Origin: Eledone cirrhosa
Taxonomy: Eukaryota
Length of the DNA stretch: 64,000 nucleotides
Reading direction: 5' to 3'
Assembly: GCA_964016885.1 (NCBI GenBank)
Contig: OZ024751.1
Location: 43,028,001 to 43,092,000, forward strand
Shown here piece by piece: positions 57,277 to 64,000 of the stretch; the first letter of the stretch is position 1; every line of letters starts with the position of its first letter. Both the position numbers and the translations under genes were made by a program. Under the pieces are notes generated by a model. The model saw nothing but the letters and a program-made list of their open reading frames with translations. It searched no databases and had not been told where the DNA came from.

Positions 57277-57388
57277 TGCTTACAAGTGTTTCCACGGTGG
57301 TACTACAGCCTAGTTATGCTACGTGCAAATTCACAAGTACTTGCAGAACTCAAATATCCAATGCTATGACCACTGTATCCTCAGAGCA
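57277..57388 (-). ncRNA. Hammerhead motif, family M (long stem II)
   Basis: RC: TGCT-CTGAGGA-TACAGTGGT...ACCACCGTG-GAAA-CACTTG-TA-AGCA; bracketed by inverted repeat 57221-57255 / 57391-57425. Confidence 0.65.
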
Positions 57389-57419
57389 GAATGATGTCTA
57401 CCTGTTATTATTCATTCTT

Positions 57420-57455
<36 letters not shown>

Positions 57456-57618
57456 TATAGATATAGATATAGATACATACATATAACGAAGGAAGTGTGG
57501 TAAAGAACCAGGTGGACCATAACGCACCAGAGTACTCGATACTTAGGGTAGTAGAGTGGGTAATAGGAACGAGTAGGACCCCGACGGCTGAGCTCAAGCC
57601 GTTTCGACAGCTAGGTGC

Positions 57619-57660
<42 letters not shown>

Positions 57661-57710
57661 TCCAGAAATAGCCGTCGAAATGGCTTGAGCGCTGCCGTCG
57701 GGACATACAT

Positions 57711-57817
<107 letters not shown>

Positions 57818-57942
57818 TTTATCCCGGATTCAATCGGGGGTAACCACAGTAAGTAAGGTACTCAATACAAGGCAGAGTATAAATATTTAATATAGAAAAG
57901 GCTTCTACAGGACTGGGACTGTTTCATTCGGGAGAAATCATC

Positions 57943-57998
<56 letters not shown>

Positions 57999-58026
57999 AT
58001 GTATATATATATATATGTATATATAT

Positions 58027-58097
<71 letters not shown>

Positions 58098-58102
<5 letters not shown>

Positions 58103-58478
58103 AAAGGAATTCCAACTTTGTCTGATTTACTCATTTTATTTACAATCCTTTAACATTTATAATGATATTATAATGAAATAGTATGGTAGAATATTAAATG
58201 TTAAGAGTTAATTGAACAATTACTTTCATGCTTTCGCAATCTTCAGGTTCATATTCAGTGGTGACAGTCAAGTTTGTAATTTTCAACTGTTGAAAATTGC
58301 AAACTTGACTGTCACCACTGAATATGAACCTGAAGATTGCGAAAGCATGAAAGTAATTGTTCAATTAACTCTTAACATTTAATATTCTACCATACTATTT
58401 CATTATAATATCATTATAAATGTTAAAGGATTGTAAATAAAATGAGTAAATCAGACAAAGTTGGAATTCCTTTTATTA
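58098..58478. repeat. 381-bp near-perfect palindrome centred at 58288 with hammerhead-like motifs (58213-58251 -, 58325-58363 +)
   Basis: TGAAC-CTGAAGA-tTGC gaaa GCAt-GAAA-gtaa-TT-GTTCA; one arm mismatch seen. Confidence 0.85.
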
Positions 58479-58523
58479 ATATAATCTTCTATACACAATC
58501 ATACACACCCGTGTATATTTATT

Positions 58524-58581
<58 letters not shown>

Positions 58582-58587
58582 TGTATA

Positions 58588-58689
<102 letters not shown>

Positions 58690-58924
58690 AAGACAAACAT
58701 AGAATATTCGAAAATATTCTGTATGTTTATAATATATTTTCGAATATTCTATGTTTGTCTTCACATATATATCGCTATTTCAGAGCATTAAATCCAATAT
58801 ATATATATACATATATATAGTGAAAGAATGAAGAGTAACAAGGTTGGCTGTACAACAAGGGGCTTTATTTCAGGTATTGACAATTGTATTGACTGGATTA
58901 CCTATAACGATAACTTGTTACCCC

Positions 58925-59581
<657 letters not shown>

Positions 59582-60102
59582 GAAGTTATATTTAAATTGT
59601 TGGCATACAACAAGCAAATATTTTTATAACTGATATAAAGCACTCAACTTTGGTAGGGGTGATTGGAATAAGCTGGAGGAGATTGGAATAAGCGAGACGA
59701 TGTTTCGAGAGCATGTGATTAGGAATATGGTCATATGGTCACGATAGAGTAAATAAATAGTTTATTTGTGGCGATGTTTCATTCCGAACACACGAAAGTA
59801 TATGACACATTAGATGCTTATTCTATTACGAATTGTCAAAACCGACAACTAAAAATATAGAAGATCTAAAGGAAATGTTGAAAATACATTGACCATGATA
59901 CCTAAACCCGGAACTTCCTGGTTTCTATCTTACCTCATATAGATGTTGTAAATGTGACATTTGGTAGTTACTTAAATAGATAGGTAACGTATTTTCAGCC
60001 AAGCTTAAGCAGTAAATTATTGGATAACTATAAGACAAGGTAAGCAGACATTTATTTTCACGTTCTATGTATGTTTTGCACTAATTATATACCTTCCTTC
60101 CA

Positions 60103-60206
<104 letters not shown>

Positions 60207-60368
60207 GTGAGGTTTTTTTTTACAAAATGAAAAATAACCGAGGTGTCCTACACGAGTGAAAGTATAAAGAAAAAGAGATGAAATCGAAAATGCAACTGGA
60301 GTCTTATTTTTTTTTAAATTAAAAAAAAAAATAAGACTCCAGTTGTATTTTCGATTTCATCTCTTTTT

Positions 60369-60411
<43 letters not shown>

Positions 60412-60413
<2 letters not shown>

Positions 60414-60594
60414 TTAATCCCGAGTACAATCGGGACTAACCACAGTAAGTAAGGTACTCAATACATAGCAGAGTATAGATATTTGACATAGATATGGCTT
60501 CTACAGGACTAGAACTGTTTCATTCGGGCGAAATCATCAGAGCTTCCTGAAGATTTCTCCCGAATGAAACAGTTCTAGTCCTGTAGAAGCTATT

Positions 60595-60600
<6 letters not shown>
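60412..60600. mobile_element. Family A palindrome with back-to-back hammerheads (60496-60540 -, 60541-60591 +)
   Basis: ...TCATCAG | AGCTTC-CTGAAGA...GAAA...TA-GAAGCT. Confidence 0.8.
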
Positions 60601-60626
<26 letters not shown>

Positions 60627-60627
60627 T

Positions 60628-61275
60628 AAATATAAGTATGTATACGTACATACATATATGTATACAGACGTACAGTAGTATGTATATATATATATACATA
60701 CATGCACACATATATATATGTGTACGTATCGATTCACCGAACATTTATTATAATGCTCGGTGTGTTTGTAAACAAACATCCCGAATTAAGCCGTACAGTG
60801 TCTAGCAACCATCGTTGCTCATTTGTTCAACACTGACAAAGGAACGCTGTACTAGTTTTAAGCTTATTAGCTATCGTCAGCAACGTATACCTTCCTGCCA
60901 GATGATTGAACGTCTGAAAATATATACTTACCTTATGCATATTAAGGGCTGAGCAGCCTAATTTGCATATCGAGTGAGTTAATCGGCCGGGGCACCGAAA
61001 ACGATAAATGGAAAAAATGAAACGAAATTTCATTTCTCACTCTTAGTACGGCTTAGTACGGCTTAATTCGAGATGTTTGTTTACAAATACACCTAGCATT
61101 ATAATAAATGTTCGGTGAATCCATACGTACACATATATATGTGTGCATGTATGTATATATATATACATACTACTGTACGTCTGTATACATATATGTATGT
61201 ACGTGTACATACTTATATTTAAGTAACAGCCGTACTAAGAGTGGGAAATGAAATTTCGTTTCATTTTTTCCGTTT
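60628..61275. mobile_element. Family G element with inverted, permuted second arm
   Basis: 60628-60796 inverted at 61056-61220; 61006-61053 inverted at 61228-61275; homolog at 33390-33768. Confidence 0.7.
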
Positions 61276-61335
61276 ATATATATTAAGATCTACGAAGCAG
61301 ATTTTCCTATAGGAAAACCTGCTTCGTAGAATCAA

Positions 61336-61431
61336 GACGTATCTGAGGACCTTGCGATTTTCAGAGTCAGGTTCGATCATCAAATCGATCGTGCCTCGAG
61401 TAGGTCGCCAGAGAAACGATTGTAATATGTC
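61336..61431 (+). ncRNA. Hammerhead motif, family F (long stem II)
   Basis: GACGTAT-CTGAGGA-cCTtGCGA...TCGCcAGa-GAAA-CGATTG-TA-ATATGTC; 3' half repeated at 34302-34364. Confidence 0.65.
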
Positions 61432-61467
61432 CAATAAATTCCATTCGTCGCAACACTGATTCTCTTT

Positions 61468-61508
<41 letters not shown>

Positions 61509-61528
61509 TATATACATATATATATAAC

Positions 61529-61565
<37 letters not shown>

Positions 61566-61856
61566 TATAGTTCCCTGATGTCGATAAAATAAAGTACCAG
61601 TTAAATACTGGGGTTAGTATAATCGCCCCCCCCCCCCTCATCCACATACACACATACACACAAATTATTGGCTTTATGTCTAAATTCGAAATCATTATTT
61701 TCTTTTTTTCTTTTCTTTTTATTTATAACCCAGAAGCCGTAACTCGGTATTATTTTGAAGTAACACTTTTTATCCGGCATGTGCAGATTATCCAGAGAAA
61801 AGTATAAGAATCGCTAAAAATAAAAAAAAATAATTAAGAGATAAAAAGATATTTTG

Positions 61857-62066
61857 ATGACGTTAAGAACTTTTTATGGCGAACGGTTTAATATTCCTGA
61901 TGACGTCAATGGTTCCTATGGCTACGGAGCTGCGGCCTATGGGTCCTCTCACAATAAAACTATGCATATAAAGCCGGACGATGGTGACCTGTCCACATGT
62001 GAGTTCCTCGATGAAGATACTATTGTGGAAAAATTATATAAGAGGTACTTCCGTGGAGAGTACTAC
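61857..62066 (+). CDS. First coding exon of a myosin-motor-domain protein (class III-like head; possibly myosin-chitin synthase)
   Basis: DLSTCEFLDEDTIVEKLYKRY..EYY then GTAAGT donor at 62067; polypyrimidine-CAG acceptor at 61731-61733; in-frame TAA at 61842 precedes the ATG. Confidence 0.8.
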
Positions 62067-62672
62067 GTAAGTTATACATAGATTCATCTTTGGGCCATTG
62101 TCTTTATTTTTGTTTGTTTGTTTGTTTGTTCATTTATTTGTTCGCTTCACCGTTTTGTCAGGGAGAGAAAGAGTGGGAGCGACCCCCATGACTCTCTAAT
62201 ATTTCAGAACTTCCGATACTGGCAGAAGTAAGAGAAAAACTTAACCTCAAACCGTAGACTCAGCTAGAATGCTTATAGTAGAATAGGTGATCTCTTGCTC
62301 CTCAGTATCTCCCTGAGCAGTCTAAGCTTAGCTCTGATAAGGTCACTGCATGTAGAGATAGGTGCCCTTTCACCACATTTCCCTGAGCTGTCTCTAACCA
62401 GGTCACTGAGCAATAGATAGAGCAATAGATAGAAAGGGCTGAAAGCAGATACAGGAAGTATCGATCCCAGTATTGAACTGGTTGTTTATCTATCGACCTC
62501 ACAATGATGGCCGGGAAAGCTGACCTCAACAGGATTTTAACTCAAAATACAGGGAACCAGAACAAATATCGAAGCATTTTTCCTACTACATCCGGATGAC
62601 TGACAAATATGTCGCCTATTTTAAAATTGTGCTAATAAATCCCATTTCACTTTTTACTTTTATTTCTTCTAG

Positions 62673-62738
62673 ACATACATTGGGGAAATTATTGTCGCTG
62701 TTAATCCTTGTCAGCCAATCAAAATATATGAAGCCGAG
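62673..62738 (+). CDS. Second coding exon of the myosin-motor gene (66 bp, phase 0)
   Basis: TTTCTTCTAG | TYIGEIIVAVNPCQPIKIYEAE | GTATGT completes the myosin YTYxGxIxxAVNP motif; not in the ORF track. Confidence 0.85.
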
Positions 62739-62872
62739 GTATGTTTTATTGTATTGTTATTTAAATAGTCAAACCTGGTTTACTTATTAACAAATAAGTC
62801 ATTGTACGTTCAGTTTTCTTTATATATTACCCATATCATATTGTGTATTGGCAGTATCGCCATATCATATTG

Positions 62873-63058
62873 TGGATTGGCGGTATCGGTAGAGGGACGG
62901 ACGCCATGCTTTGCAGCATAGAGTTACGCCCCTTTATGATCGGAGTTCAAATCCCACCGAAGTTAACTTTGCCTTTCTTCCTTACGGGGTAGATAAAATA
63001 AAGTACCAGTAATACACTGGGGTAATTGCTGGCCTTGTGCCAAAAGTAGAAACAATTA
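62873..63058 (+). mobile_element. Intronic SINE copy
   Basis: Same family as 35013-35203. Confidence 0.8.
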
Positions 63059-63517
63059 TATTGTGTATGTAAAATTATACTTGTGTGTATGTATATATGT
63101 ATGTATATGCACATATTTATATGTGTATATATATACATACATATATATTTTGTACATATGCTTTTTATGTATATATATATAACAAATTATTGAAGAATCA
63201 TACACACACATACACAGGAAGTGTAACGTGGCGTTACTGTATTATATATATATATATTTTATTTATTTATTTTTTTTTTTTTGGACGATCGACTTTCGTC
63301 AAATCGGACCGAGGAAACAATGTTTCCGTTGGTCTTTCCAGTTGCTAATACTATCTATCGGTCGCAACTCCAGGTAGAAGGAGCAACGTGAAATAAAGTG
63401 CCTTGCTCAAGGACATAACGCATCGCCCGGTCCAGGAATCGAACTCACAACCTCAAGATTGTGAATCCAATTCTCTAACCACTCAGCCACACGCCTTCAT
63501 ATATATATATATATATA

Positions 63518-63859
63518 GTTTTGCGAGGTTTTTGATATGGAATCGTGTGTCGAAACAAATATTGTTATACTTGGGGAGGGTCATATTTGTGTAATATTGC
63601 CAGAATTAATAACAGAACACACTCACTGTTTGGTTGGTTTTCGCTTCTGTGTCTTTTATATCGGTAATCTAATTTATTCGGTCCTCAATGTTGCCATTGT
63701 ATTATTTTTGACCGTTGGTCAGTCAATGGCAACATTGAGGACCGAATAAATTAGATTACCGATATAAAAGACACAGAAGCGAAAAGCTAAAACCAACCAA
63801 ACAGTGAGTGTGTTCTGTTATTAATTCTGGCAATATTACACAAATATGACCCTCCCCAA

Positions 63860-63864
<5 letters not shown>
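63518..63864. repeat. Asymmetric palindrome between (TA)n tracts (no ribozyme core recognised)
   Basis: TATACTTGGGGAGGGTC... at 63566 versus ...GACCCTCCCCAAGTATA at 63864; related fragment near 46300. Confidence 0.8.
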
Positions 63865-63895
<31 letters not shown>

Positions 63896-64000
63896 GAAAG
63901 GTATAGAAAACATTGTAGCAAAAAGCCAACAGTATTCCATAATATATAAGTGACTATAGCGTCAAAATGGGAAAAATAGTTAACGTAAGATGTGGGAAAA

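Noticed and set aside
58098-58478. All palindromes being fold-back read artefacts
   Set aside because: Most arms carry mismatches and family-specific endpoints recur at independent loci; the near-perfect cases still need read confirmation

Overview
AT-rich, extremely microsatellite-dense eukaryotic DNA. The repeat content is most consistent with an octopus/coleoid cephalopod genome (inference). Almost all ORFs in the supplied track are microsatellite artefacts. Supported content: (i) a near-intact R4/Dong-clade non-LTR retrotransposon (RT + CCHC + restriction-like endonuclease, one +1 homopolymer frameshift) in a (TAA)n tract, with a second truncated relative stacked next to it; (ii) two Penelope-like element (PLE) bodies (RT and/or GIY-YIG); (iii) many tRNA-derived SINEs, RTE LINE 3' ends and a small hAT-type MITE; (iv) the first two coding exons of a host myosin-motor gene at the right end, possibly a molluscan myosin-chitin synthase. 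The main hidden signal is about 40 minimal type I hammerhead ribozyme motifs (intact or decayed, read by eye) from at least a dozen unrelated short repeat families. Nearly all sit between (TA)n tracts, mostly as asymmetric palindromes whose short arm ends at an internal TA. One family is physically the 3' end of a GIY-YIG PLE, two show circularly permuted/tandem units (retrozyme-like), one has a recurrent CAGAAGA core variant, and one palindrome joins two different subfamily haplotypes. Together this points to twin-primed insertion of ribozyme-bearing RNAs into self-complementary (TA)n targets.
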